From Cyanobacteria bacterium auto_48_18 (GTDB lineage: Bacteria; Cyanobacteriota; Vampirovibrionia; Obscuribacterales; Obscuribacteraceae), in the NCBI GenBank assembly GCA_036170915.1, contig JAVHQC010000011.1, forward strand, positions 96,001 to 160,000: a DNA stretch of 64,000 nucleotides, read 5' to 3'. Positions 1 through 8,886 of this stretch are shown piece by piece. Below the pieces are notes generated by a model. That model ran no database searches, was not told the origin of the DNA, and worked only from the letters and a program-made list of their open reading frames with translations. The translations under genes were made by a program, and so were the position numbers. The first letter of the stretch is position 1; the number at the start of each line of letters is the position of its first letter.

Positions 1-86
1 AAAAGGTCATCGTCCATCATTGCCTCGTTTTGGTTGGCCAAACTGGTGGCTGTCTAGAGTAACCCGCCTTTTAGGCCACATGTTTC

Positions 87-1235
87 CTACTCATCAAGGT
101 CCAAATCAATTTCGCATTGTCTATTAGATTGACTAGACAGATTTATAACCAGCATCGGTTTGCCTATAGAGGTCGGCAGTAATTGATCGGCTGGAATTGC
201 TCGTACGGCAGTACCTATAGCAGTAAAGTTAACAAGCAGCCCGCTGCCAAAAGTAGAACCCTCCTGTTTCACTTTTTCAATTTCGGAAGATACTTCAACG
301 CCAACTGCGCCATGGCCGCCACTTGCTTTCACTTCCTTTTTTAGCTTGTTTGTGGCTTGATGCCTGCTGTGATAAAGTCCACTGCTAAATCTCTCCAGTT
401 CCTGATTTTGCAGGCTGGCAAAAATTCCAGTTTGGGCTTTCTGGGTTTGAGCGTCACCAGCGATATAGTAAGAACAGTTTCCTGCAACCAGGGCTGTAGG
501 CCAATACCCTGCCTGGTAAAGCTGCCAGAATTCAGCGCCGGAAAGATGACTGAGAAATGGTGTTTTGCGCGTGGAATCGCCCAGGTGATGAGCATTCCCT
601 ACGGTCATACCCATACCGGCAATGTGACCAATTGGGCCAGATCGCGGTTTTTTCTTAAAGAATGCATTGCCACCACCAGCAGGGCCAGGCGAGATATCCA
701 CTTCTGCAAAGATAGGTTTTCCGGGTACATTTATGGCGGTACCTGTTGCGGTGAATTCGGTTATACCTTTGCCCCAGTTCATTCTGCGGCTCAAGATTTT
801 TACATCAATAACACCTTCAGCACCTAATGTTTCAGCCTCGCGCGTTAGCCTATTTAATGCAAGAATGCGCGCGGTATTGTAAGTGACGGTAAGCGGGTTG
901 ATTTCACAAGAATTGGTGCCATAGCTGCTGCTGTACTTCTCAAAATCTATATTGACGAATGCGCTGCCCATCACCTGAGTGATCACTTCATAGCCGGCTT
1001 GCCTTGATAAAAGAAAAGCGCCCGCGCCCATTGTAGTGCTGAAAAACTTTCCCTTAGTTTCTGCGATAGACTCTAAACGCTTAGTTGCCGCTGGCGTGAT
1101 GCCACCGCTTATAAGCTGTTCGATACCGTTAGTCTGCTCCCGCTGGCGTTCTCTCTCGTTCTCGTCTTTTCTAAAAAATCCAAATGGCAAGTTTGGCACC
1201 CTCGCGACTGCCACTATTTTACCTCGAACCTTCAA
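87..1235 (-). CDS. Tandem YbjQ/UPF0145 (heavy-metal-binding-like) domain protein
   Basis: Two copies of the YbjQ signature (ALNRLTREAETLGAEGVIDVKI..FTATGTAI; ATNKLKKEVKASGGHGAVGV..FTAIGTAV). True start may be a few codons inside. Confidence 0.75.
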   Translation of the reverse strand: MKVRGKIVAVARVPNLPFGFFRKDENERERQREQTNGIEQLISGGITPAATKRLESIAETKGKFFSTTMGAGAFLLSRQAGYEVITQVMGSAFVNIDFEKYSSSYGTNSCEINPLTVTYNTARILALNRLTREAETLGAEGVIDVKILSRRMNWGKGITEFTATGTAINVPGKPIFAEVDISPGPAGGGNAFFKKKPRSGPIGHIAGMGMTVGNAHHLGDSTRKTPFLSHLSGAEFWQLYQAGYWPTALVAGNCSYYIAGDAQTQKAQTGIFASLQNQELERFSSGLYHSRHQATNKLKKEVKASGGHGAVGVEVSSEIEKVKQEGSTFGSGLLVNFTAIGTAVRAIPADQLLPTSIGKPMLVINLSSQSNRQCEIDLDLDE

Positions 1236-1340
1236 AGGCTTTAGAACGCTAGCGTTGTCAAGAAAAGCTGATTGGAGACAATATTCAACTAATGCGACAA
1301 TTGCAGCCCAAATCTTAGTTCACCTGCTAGATTGGAGCCC

Positions 1341-2924
1341 ATGCAAGGAAGAAATCTTAAACCGCTAGCACCTCTGACTTCGCCGCCCAAAGTCGATGAT
1401 CTGCAAAGACTATTGAAGGCCGCCCAGACAGGCACGCCTGTCAATCAGACCATTGCCATTCCCGATCGCACAAAATATGTGCTCAAGGTGCAGATGACCA
1501 AGGCTGCCAGCGGCTTGGGCCGCTCGAAGGCGGCTGACGCTGCTCCCATTTGGACGCTAATTGATGGCGTCCAAACGCTTTGGGAGTACAGCACCACTGA
1601 TGTGGAATTGATTTTTAATCTGGTGGAAGAATCGCTTTACGTTAAACCAGCAGCGCCAGCTACAGATTTTGCCGCAGCTTCTCCAGCTGCCGTCGAGCAA
1701 GTGATCTATGGGGCCAGCCCAGTGAGAGCCGACAGTTTTGAAGCGCAATCACCGCAGCCGGCTATGCACGAAGCCCCAGTTGCTGCGTCAGTCGCTCCGC
1801 AAGCAACCAGTCAGACCATTCAACTCTCTGGCAATCTCAGTGAGTTAGGTGCCTGCGAACTAATTCAAACAATCAGCGTTGCCAAAATGACAGGTCGCCT
1901 TGATATCACCAGCGGCTTGCAGTCGGTTGAAATTTATTTTGAAGATGGGGCTCCGCGTCGAGCATCTTATAGAAGCGACTCTATGACCGCGGCGCCAAAA
2001 AATCTAACCGACGAAGAAGTGATTGTCGAAGCGATGACTTGGTTCAATGGATTTTTCCATTTTAATGCTTCCATGAAATCTTCCGAGCGTTCCGCCATGA
2101 AACGTTTGGACTTGCTTTTGATGGAAGGAGCCGCGCTCAGAGACTACATTGTTAGTATTGAGGGTGCAGGATTGACCGACGATTCTGTGCCGGTAAAATA
2201 CGGCTCTCCATCTGAAGCTGAATTTGAAAAAGCTTTGCAAAATAGTGCGCCTGTTGATATGCAAAGTCAAAAAGCAATTTACATTGCCTTTGATGGCAAA
2301 GCTACTCTGGCTGAAGTCGTTACTCAGAGCGGATTACCAAAATCGGCATGGCTACCAATCGTTTTCAATCTTTCCAAATCAAAACTTATTGGTCTTTCTG
2401 TTAAAGCGAAAAAAGAAGAGAGTGCTGCTGAAATCATACAAGCCCCAGGTGCGAAAGAAGCAGTGCGGGAGGCATTTCAGCAAATGCTCCGTTCTGATAC
2501 GGGTCTTATGAGTTATCAGCTTTTTATGCATTTTTTGGAAGTTGAATATCACCGCGCCCTCAAACTCAGATTGCCTTTCAGTTTGATTATCATTGCTGTG
2601 CACAAAGAAGAAGCCGCTATCAGAGAAGAGTTGTCGTCAGATGACTTGAAGTTGGTGGCAGAAAAAATTCGTTTGCAACTAGAGCCCTTTGACTATGTGG
2701 CTCACTACCAGACTTATAATTTGGCAATTTTATTGCCGCATCGCCCATCTTCTTCTGCTAAAGAATGCGTGGCGAAAATTATCAATGATTTCAATACTGA
2801 GTTAGCGCAGACTGGTAATGCCGTGCGCTTTGTCTGGTCTGTTGGTGCTGGCTGCATTCCCGAAGACGGTATCAAACTCGATGCGCTCTTAGCGAAAGTT
2901 GAAAAAGAACGCGTGCCGGTTTAA
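1341..2924 (+). CDS. DUF4388 (PatA-N-like) domain plus degenerate GGDEF-fold protein
   Basis: LSGNLSELGACELIQTI..KMTGRLDI (DUF4388); C-terminal FLEVEYHRALKLRLPFSLIII..D.VAHY..LAILLP..SVGAG.PEDG resembles GGDEF but lacks the GG(D/E)EF motif. ATG 1341 chosen; the ORF track starts at 1332. Confidence 0.7.
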   Translation: MQGRNLKPLAPLTSPPKVDDLQRLLKAAQTGTPVNQTIAIPDRTKYVLKVQMTKAASGLGRSKAADAAPIWTLIDGVQTLWEYSTTDVELIFNLVEESLYVKPAAPATDFAAASPAAVEQVIYGASPVRADSFEAQSPQPAMHEAPVAASVAPQATSQTIQLSGNLSELGACELIQTISVAKMTGRLDITSGLQSVEIYFEDGAPRRASYRSDSMTAAPKNLTDEEVIVEAMTWFNGFFHFNASMKSSERSAMKRLDLLLMEGAALRDYIVSIEGAGLTDDSVPVKYGSPSEAEFEKALQNSAPVDMQSQKAIYIAFDGKATLAEVVTQSGLPKSAWLPIVFNLSKSKLIGLSVKAKKEESAAEIIQAPGAKEAVREAFQQMLRSDTGLMSYQLFMHFLEVEYHRALKLRLPFSLIIIAVHKEEAAIREELSSDDLKLVAEKIRLQLEPFDYVAHYQTYNLAILLPHRPSSSAKECVAKIINDFNTELAQTGNAVRFVWSVGAGCIPEDGIKLDALLAKVEKERVPV

Positions 2925-3137
2925 GACTTCAAAGCTCTAACTTTTGAAACGATAGACATTTTCTCTCATTTGCAATTTTCCTATTTTGTGGTACAAATGT
3001 TGTAGAGGTCTCGGGCCTTTTTCTTTTCAGGTATAAAATCGTGAACTTCAATACAGAGCGAAAATCAAGCGAGAAACGGTCCTAGTCACCGTTTACACGT
3101 TTGCGTCGTTTTGCTCTGTTGAAAAAGGTTTTCGATC

Positions 3138-3266
3138 ATGTCAGCTCTATTTATTCGTTCAACCAAAATAAATCCGCAGTCAATCATTCAGATTATGGCT
3201 CTGTTTCGGCTTGTGGTCACTGAGCGATGTAGCAAACGCGTGCTCAGGCCTGTGCTGCTAGTTTAA
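3138..3266 (+). CDS. Putative 42-aa leader peptide upstream of tRNA cluster
   Basis: ATG..TAA ORF (MSALFIRSTKINPQSIIQIMALFRLVVTERCSKRVLRPVLLV) with AAAGG about 9 nt upstream; below the ORF-track cutoff; no homology recognised. Confidence 0.3.
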   Translation: MSALFIRSTKINPQSIIQIMALFRLVVTERCSKRVLRPVLLV

Positions 3267-3417
3267 GGCTTTAGCATTTGTCCTGAGCGGAAGTAGTTAA
3301 AACAGTCGTAGATCTGTTTTGAGAGAAACTCGAGGTTTTTCTGTAAGCATGATTTGCACCGCCTGTGGTTCCCCTCCCTCCTATCTGTTCTTTCAGATCT
3401 CATCTCCAATGTAACAA

Positions 3418-3491
3418 GCCCTGGTAGCTCAGCGGATAGAGCAGCACGTTACGAACGTGCGTTGTCGGGAGTTCAAATCTCTCCCAGGGTG
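3418..3491 (+). tRNA. tRNA-Arg (ACG)
   Basis: Acceptor GCCCTGG/CCAGGGT, D arm TAGCTCAGCGGATAGAGC, anticodon stem GCACG/CGTGC with loop TT-ACG-AA, T loop TTCAAAT; CCA not encoded. Confidence 0.93.
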
Positions 3492-3494
3492 TAT

Positions 3495-3567
3495 CTCCCA
3501 GTAACTCAGCGGTCAGAGTGAACGCCTTTTAAGCGTGGGGCCGCAGGTTCAAATCCTGCCTGGGAGA
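3495..3567 (+). tRNA. tRNA-Lys (TTT)
   Basis: Acceptor CTCCCAG/CTGGGAG, anticodon loop CT-TTT-AA, T arm GCAGG-TTCAAAT-CCTGC; CCA not encoded. Confidence 0.93.
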
Positions 3568-3571
3568 ATTT

Positions 3572-3643
3572 GGCGCTATCTTCTAGTGGTTAGGAAGCCG
3601 GTTTTTCACACCGGAGACACGGGTTCAATTCCCGTTAGCGCTA
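3572..3643 (+). tRNA. tRNA-Glu (TTC)
   Basis: Acceptor GGCGCTA/TAGCGCT, anticodon stem CCGGT/ACCGG with loop TT-TTC-AC, T arm ACGGG-TTCAATT-CCCGT; CCA not encoded. Confidence 0.93.
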
Positions 3644-3688
3644 GTTTTTTAAAATCTTCTGCCGATAGAATTTGCCTGTAGAAAAGGT

Positions 3689-3713
3689 GGAACTTTTAAC
3701 CATGGCAATTGTC
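3689..3713 (+). promoter_or_regulatory. ECF-sigma-type promoter (GGAAC-N17-GTC)
   Basis: GGAACTTTTAACCATGGCAATTGTC 35 nt before ATG 3749; same spacing recurs at four other upstream regions. Confidence 0.55.
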
Positions 3714-3748
3714 ACTGAACTATCGAAAGCTAGCAGCAGAGGTTCAAT

Positions 3749-4027
3749 ATGTTCGACAAATTTCTAGAGTCACAAGCGAAGCGATTTGTGTCCGACAGCA
3801 GAACAAAGTTTGACGATTTTCTGACCAATAATGACGTCGACAATAATGGTGAGAAAGATAGACAGCAGTTGCTAGCAGATTTTGATCAATTTACTGACGG
3901 TGTACAAGATTGCATCAAGTCGGGAGCTAGCATGGCTAAATTGTTGGCTGCGTATTACAACAAATTTGGTCCGAAACCAGAAGCTGCGTTGGTAGGCACG
4001 GAAGCCAGTAAACAATTGACCCCTTAG
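3749..4027 (+). CDS. Small hypothetical protein
   Basis: 92-aa ORF with GAGG RBS; DVDNNGEKD resembles an EF-hand-like loop. Confidence 0.7.
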   Translation: MFDKFLESQAKRFVSDSRTKFDDFLTNNDVDNNGEKDRQQLLADFDQFTDGVQDCIKSGASMAKLLAAYYNKFGPKPEAALVGTEASKQLTP

Positions 4028-4053
4028 GGGCTACAGGCACTGTACAATCATGA

Positions 4054-6213
4054 TTGCCGAGCGACTTTTGGCAATGGCTGAACTTATGTGGTTGTGAAGT
4101 GTCTGCACCTGACAGTTTTGAAAACGGTTCTGTTATCGGTGGCACGTACAAAGTGCTTGATTTTATTGGCGAAGGCGGCATGGGCCTCGTATATAAAGTC
4201 GAACATTTACTCATGCATAGAATACTGGCTCTCAAGGTCCTCAAAACCGAACAGTTGTCTGAAGCTGCCTGGTTGAGATTCCGCAAAGAGGCACAGGCTA
4301 TTGCCCGCCTTGATCATCCCAATATTGTCAAAATTTACGACATGAACAAGACCGACGATGGTCGACCCTTTTACACCATGGATCTGTTGGAGGGAGACTC
4401 TCTTGCCGATTACCTGCAGCAGAACCATCATCTCTCCTGGTCGAATGCATTGCCTATTTTTCGCCAGGTTTGCAATGGGCTGGCTTATGCCCACGACCGC
4501 GGCATTATTCATCGCGATATCAAACCAGGCAACATTATGCTTTCCCTTGGCATTGATGCGCCAATTAATACGGCATCTGTAAAAATTGTCGATTTCGGCA
4601 TTGCTAAACTGGTCGATGATGACGGTCGGACTATTCAGGCTCTAACAGCCGCTGGAGAGGTTTTTGGTAGTCCGCTCTATATGAGTCCAGAACAGTGTCT
4701 CGCTGGCAGACTGGATGGCCGCAGTGACATGTATTCAGTCGGGGTGTCACTCTTCCAAGCTTTGACCGGCAGACCACCATTGCTTGGTCGCACCGCTGTT
4801 GAAACCACAATAATGCATCAAACCACCGAGCCTCCTGCATTAAATGCGGTGGCACCAGATCTTTATTTTCCACCCAGACTTGAAACTATCGTCGCCAGAA
4901 TGTTGGCTAAAGATCCATCAGATCGATTTCAGTCGCTTGCCGACGTGGCTGCCTTGCTTGTGCCGTCTATCGACAGTGACCAGAGTGAGAGTTTGGCGAC
5001 GCACGATAGTAAACATATGGGCTCGAAAAATGTACCTTTGTTCGTTACTGCGCAAGATAGCGGGTTAGAGAACGAATTTGATCAGACCAGCGAAAACAAT
5101 ATTGATAGTGAAGTAAGTGGTTCAAAAATTCCGCTGATTCTCACTGCCTTCGCCGTGATCATTCTGGTAGGGGTTTTAGCAACTTTCTATTTTGTTGGTA
5201 ATAATTCGCCCTCTAAAATAATTCACTTACCATCTGCAATTAGCAAACCTGCTGAGCCGGTCATACCAAGCGCTTATGTTCCTGGGTTGCTGGCGAGGAA
5301 ATACGGTTATGGGTCAGAACCTAAAGTAAGCGCATCTGATGTTAAAGAAGTTAATGCCTTTCTCAGGTCTAATATAAAGCAATTTTCTCGCTTAAAAAAA
5401 GTAGGAAATGACACCATTAAAGAGTTTCACTTTCCCAGTAAATTTTCGCTAGGCAATCTTTTTTTTGACGAAGATAAGGCAAACTCCCGTCAACAAGCCC
5501 TCGATGTAATTCGAGTATCGGAAAAGACAAAATTAGTGTTGGAGGGAAATTACGTTGTTGGTGCTTACCCAGAGCTTCTAAAGTATTTTGGTCCCGACGA
5601 GCTCTATTCTCTGAGAATTGAGAGGCTACCTCAACGCAATGCAAAACTGCTGCCTATGGTAGGTCGCTTAACAGGGTTAACAGTACTGGAACTGCCTCAA
5701 GTCCACGTCAGCAATAACGACCTGAGCATAATCGCCAGCCTGCCGAATCTTCAAAAACTCAATATTGCTCAAAGCGATGTCACTGGTGCTGCACTGGCTA
5801 ATTGTAGCGTTCTGGCTCGACTGCGCTCACTTAATATTGAGAAAATCGATCAGGTAGCGCCGGTTTTAGCACGTGTTAATCCGAAGATTGAAGAGCTTGA
5901 TCTGAGCCATACCAAATTAAGTACAAACGACCTAAATACCATTGCTCGTCTGCAGAATTTGCACTCGTTAGTTTTGAGCGGAACGTCCATTCGTAATAGT
6001 GATTTGAGTCTGCTGTTGCCTCTGAAAAACAAACTGACTCTGCTAGACATCAATGAATGCCCGAATCTAACAATAGGTTGTGTGGAGACATTAAAGCAGT
6101 TTAGAAGCATGCGGGAATTGACACTGCCAACAGCGCTTAAGACAAGCGGGGTTAAATCGGTTCTCGAGCAGGCTTTGCCAGGAATGAACAAATTGTTGAT
6201 ACATATGTATTAG
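4054..6213 (+). CDS. Hanks-type Ser/Thr kinase - TM - LRR protein
   Basis: GEGGMG, ALKVL, HRDIKPGN, DFG, GSPLYMSPEQ; hydrophobic TM (IPLILTAFAVIILVGVLATFYFV); C-terminal LxxLxL repeats. Start uncertain, probably a GTG near 4099. Confidence 0.93.
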   Translation: MPSDFWQWLNLCGCEVSAPDSFENGSVIGGTYKVLDFIGEGGMGLVYKVEHLLMHRILALKVLKTEQLSEAAWLRFRKEAQAIARLDHPNIVKIYDMNKTDDGRPFYTMDLLEGDSLADYLQQNHHLSWSNALPIFRQVCNGLAYAHDRGIIHRDIKPGNIMLSLGIDAPINTASVKIVDFGIAKLVDDDGRTIQALTAAGEVFGSPLYMSPEQCLAGRLDGRSDMYSVGVSLFQALTGRPPLLGRTAVETTIMHQTTEPPALNAVAPDLYFPPRLETIVARMLAKDPSDRFQSLADVAALLVPSIDSDQSESLATHDSKHMGSKNVPLFVTAQDSGLENEFDQTSENNIDSEVSGSKIPLILTAFAVIILVGVLATFYFVGNNSPSKIIHLPSAISKPAEPVIPSAYVPGLLARKYGYGSEPKVSASDVKEVNAFLRSNIKQFSRLKKVGNDTIKEFHFPSKFSLGNLFFDEDKANSRQQALDVIRVSEKTKLVLEGNYVVGAYPELLKYFGPDELYSLRIERLPQRNAKLLPMVGRLTGLTVLELPQVHVSNNDLSIIASLPNLQKLNIAQSDVTGAALANCSVLARLRSLNIEKIDQVAPVLARVNPKIEELDLSHTKLSTNDLNTIARLQNLHSLVLSGTSIRNSDLSLLLPLKNKLTLLDINECPNLTIGCVETLKQFRSMRELTLPTALKTSGVKSVLEQALPGMNKLLIHMY

Positions 6214-6274
6214 AAGCACTGACCACGCCGGAACTTCTTCTGCAACTTCGAACATTCAGCTTTAGCTGCGCCAC

Positions 6275-7489
6275 TTACTGTTCTGTAGAACTGCTTTCTT
6301 TATCGTCAACTAGTTCAGTTTCAGATTCCGATTCTTCGTCAGCATGTGCTTTCTCTTCAGCTTCGCCTTCAGCGGCGGCTATGTTTCGCTGTTTGATAGC
6401 ATTGGCAACAGCACCAGGCATATCAAAAACAGCGACGCTGGCCAATCCTTCCGAAAATGGGTGAAGCTGGCCAAATTGACACTTGATCACAATTTTTCCT
6501 GTGCTGTCGGCGAAACCCCAGAGACCATTGTCAATTATCGGCGTCAGTCCTTCTGCAGAAAAACTTGATAGAGGCTTGTCTCCGAAACGGAGTGCCTGTT
6601 CAGGCGGCAAAATGCGGGAGAGATAGTTATAGGCTGGTTGCAGGCGATACGCACCCCTTCTGTCAATCAATCCATATTTGCCATTCACGCTTACAACCGC
6701 CACGCCGTTGTGAAAATCGCCGGCGCTGTCAAATTTTGCCGGAATAACCATGCGCGTGAAGCCGTCAATATAGCCCCACTTTCCATCTTTAGAAACTGCC
6801 GCTAAACTTTCCGAAAAATTTGAAGCATCGCTAAATTGCGGCTCCAAAAGCAAGGTTCCATTGCTGTTGACAAAACCATATTTTGAATCTTTTTTTGTGC
6901 GGAACAAATACTCAGAAGGTTCACTGATTTCATCAAGATTCTGACAAATGAACTTACCATCCTTTCTGATTAGGCCTTGCTTTAAGCCCACTTCTACCCG
7001 AGCTACTCCGTTCTTAAAAGCTGTGGCTGTTTTCCAGTTGCTTGGTGCAATTGCCTGACGCCCTTCTTTATCAATGTAGCTCCAGGCTACTCCTTCTCTC
7101 ACTGGTGCCAGCCCTTCCGAGTAATCGAGCACGCTGCTATATTTTGGTGGCACTACGATCTTGCCGGCTCTATTAATAAAACCCCAGCGCTTGTTCACGC
7201 GCACAGCACACATGCCTTCATGAAAGCTTGAGGTCTGCTCATACTGTGGAGCAATAACCTGCTTGCCGGTTTTGTCAATGAAGCCATAATGTGCTCCGTA
7301 CGATTTTTGAACTGCGATCACTGCACCATTATCTGTTTCGTTAACGCCGACAGAGCGAAAAATAGTGTCGCTGCAGAGGGCAATCGTTGCGGCTACAGTG
7401 GGCTCTTGCAACACCAATGAAGGAACAATCAGGGCTGCGCACGAAGCAGTTAAAATACCGGCCAGAACTAATGATCTTTTCTTATTCAT
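6275..7489 (-). CDS. Secreted WG-repeat (WG_beta_rep/KWG) protein
   Basis: Repeated (W/Y)GFID..G..VI.P.(Y/F)....F.EG.A.V units; N-terminal signal; acidic tail. Confidence 0.9.
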   Translation of the reverse strand: MNKKRSLVLAGILTASCAALIVPSLVLQEPTVAATIALCSDTIFRSVGVNETDNGAVIAVQKSYGAHYGFIDKTGKQVIAPQYEQTSSFHEGMCAVRVNKRWGFINRAGKIVVPPKYSSVLDYSEGLAPVREGVAWSYIDKEGRQAIAPSNWKTATAFKNGVARVEVGLKQGLIRKDGKFICQNLDEISEPSEYLFRTKKDSKYGFVNSNGTLLLEPQFSDASNFSESLAAVSKDGKWGYIDGFTRMVIPAKFDSAGDFHNGVAVVSVNGKYGLIDRRGAYRLQPAYNYLSRILPPEQALRFGDKPLSSFSAEGLTPIIDNGLWGFADSTGKIVIKCQFGQLHPFSEGLASVAVFDMPGAVANAIKQRNIAAAEGEAEEKAHADEESESETELVDDKESSSTEQ

Positions 7490-7491
7490 AT

Positions 7492-8751
7492 TTAGCCTTT
7501 GTTTTCCCAGATAGGCGTTGGACTATCAGCAGCGATACCATAGGTGGTGCTTTGTGGCGGTAAGTCTCGAATGACAAAACGCTGACAAACTCTGTCCATT
7601 AAAGTTTGACCGTTTTTTAAAGAAAGGCAAAGAATCATGCCGTAGCCCAGATAGAAGAGCAGATAACCAAGGGAGAACAGGATGGGCCCAAAGTCAGGTA
7701 GAGCCATAACGATTAGCGAAATTATTGCTAAAATCGGATACAGACTGCAGTAAGCAAGCCCTTGCTTCATTTGTTTAGCAAGCGCCTGAACAAATGAAAT
7801 TTTGCCTCCGTCCTCGGCAATCACCTTAATTCCAGCCACCAGCTTTCCAGGGGTGGCCTGTAAGCGACTGCATTCGAATGCGGCGAAGGTGCTTATTGTC
7901 AAAACAGTGGTTAGCAGAAAGACGACTAGATATAAGCTGATTATAGTGAAAACATCAGCGATCACTGCGTAATGGGCTAAGCCATGCGCCATGGCCACCA
8001 TGCAAAAGCCTAGAGTAAATTGAACAATAGCGAAATAGAGAAATGAATCAAGTATTGAAGCCACCGCCCGCCTGCCAATTCCTGCGCATGCCGGTTTTTC
8101 TATCTTGGCGATTTCGGGCACTAGATTTGGTGCACCAGCCTGTTCTATTTTTGCAATATTGACCTTCGTATCCACGTAGGCCCCAGCGATGCGATCATGA
8201 ATCATCTGGCGACGATTGCCGGCCACCAGATAAATAAAGGGCATAATACTAACAATCAGCGTCAATCCTTTGGCAAAATTACGTTCCTTCGCGGCCTTAA
8301 ATGATAATCTGCCTCCATCGCGTGCAGTTACTTTAAGCCGCATAATTTCTTTGCCAGGAGTAGCTTGTTTCGCCGAACTTTCGTAAATTGCATGATAGAG
8401 ATGATTCAAAAGCAGTGGGGTCACTGTTCCTAAACCGTTTGCGGTGATGATTGTAGACATGCCTCCCACCAATGCACCGAGCACCAGCAGGCCGCCGCAG
8501 GCTAAGGCGACATCAACAAAGCCGATGACAAAGGCAGAAACGCAGGGAACCCAGGCCCCATAATTGGCAAGATTGTTGCTGGCAGCGAGAAGAGCGTACA
8601 CGGTGGCGGCAGATAGAGTTCCGACAATAAATGCATCTATCAAACCGGCAACGCTTCTCTTAAATGGTAGCGTTAACTCTGGAGGAGCCTCTCTGCTACC
8701 AGATGTGGTGCCTCGACTTATTTCTATTGTATTTGGGTCACTTAAGGTCAT
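7492..8751 (-). CDS. Membrane protein with two RDD domains
   Basis: Two RDD signatures (KR..A.LID..QATPGK.IM.LKV..HDRIAG; RR..ASILD..QATPGK..GIKV..MDR). Confidence 0.85.
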   Translation of the reverse strand: MTLSDPNTIEISRGTTSGSREAPPELTLPFKRSVAGLIDAFIVGTLSAATVYALLAASNNLANYGAWVPCVSAFVIGFVDVALACGGLLVLGALVGGMSTIITANGLGTVTPLLLNHLYHAIYESSAKQATPGKEIMRLKVTARDGGRLSFKAAKERNFAKGLTLIVSIMPFIYLVAGNRRQMIHDRIAGAYVDTKVNIAKIEQAGAPNLVPEIAKIEKPACAGIGRRAVASILDSFLYFAIVQFTLGFCMVAMAHGLAHYAVIADVFTIISLYLVVFLLTTVLTISTFAAFECSRLQATPGKLVAGIKVIAEDGGKISFVQALAKQMKQGLAYCSLYPILAIISLIVMALPDFGPILFSLGYLLFYLGYGMILCLSLKNGQTLMDRVCQRFVIRDLPPQSTTYGIAADSPTPIWENKG

Positions 8752-8886
8752 GAAATATTTGTAGGCTCGTAAAAGTTCAACGTTTACCTATCTTATCAAC
8801 TCCCTTGACAACGCACCTTGGCTTCATTCCGATTTAAGAATTGGCGAACAGACCTATAATGACAGAGCATTTCTCCAGGAGACTAT

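Noticed and set aside
1..83. Possible gene start on the minus strand at the left edge (MMDDDL)
   Set aside because: Too short to support any call.
3290..3390. GGTTCCCCTCC resembling a T-arm of a fourth, decayed tRNA
   Set aside because: No acceptor or anticodon stem could be built.
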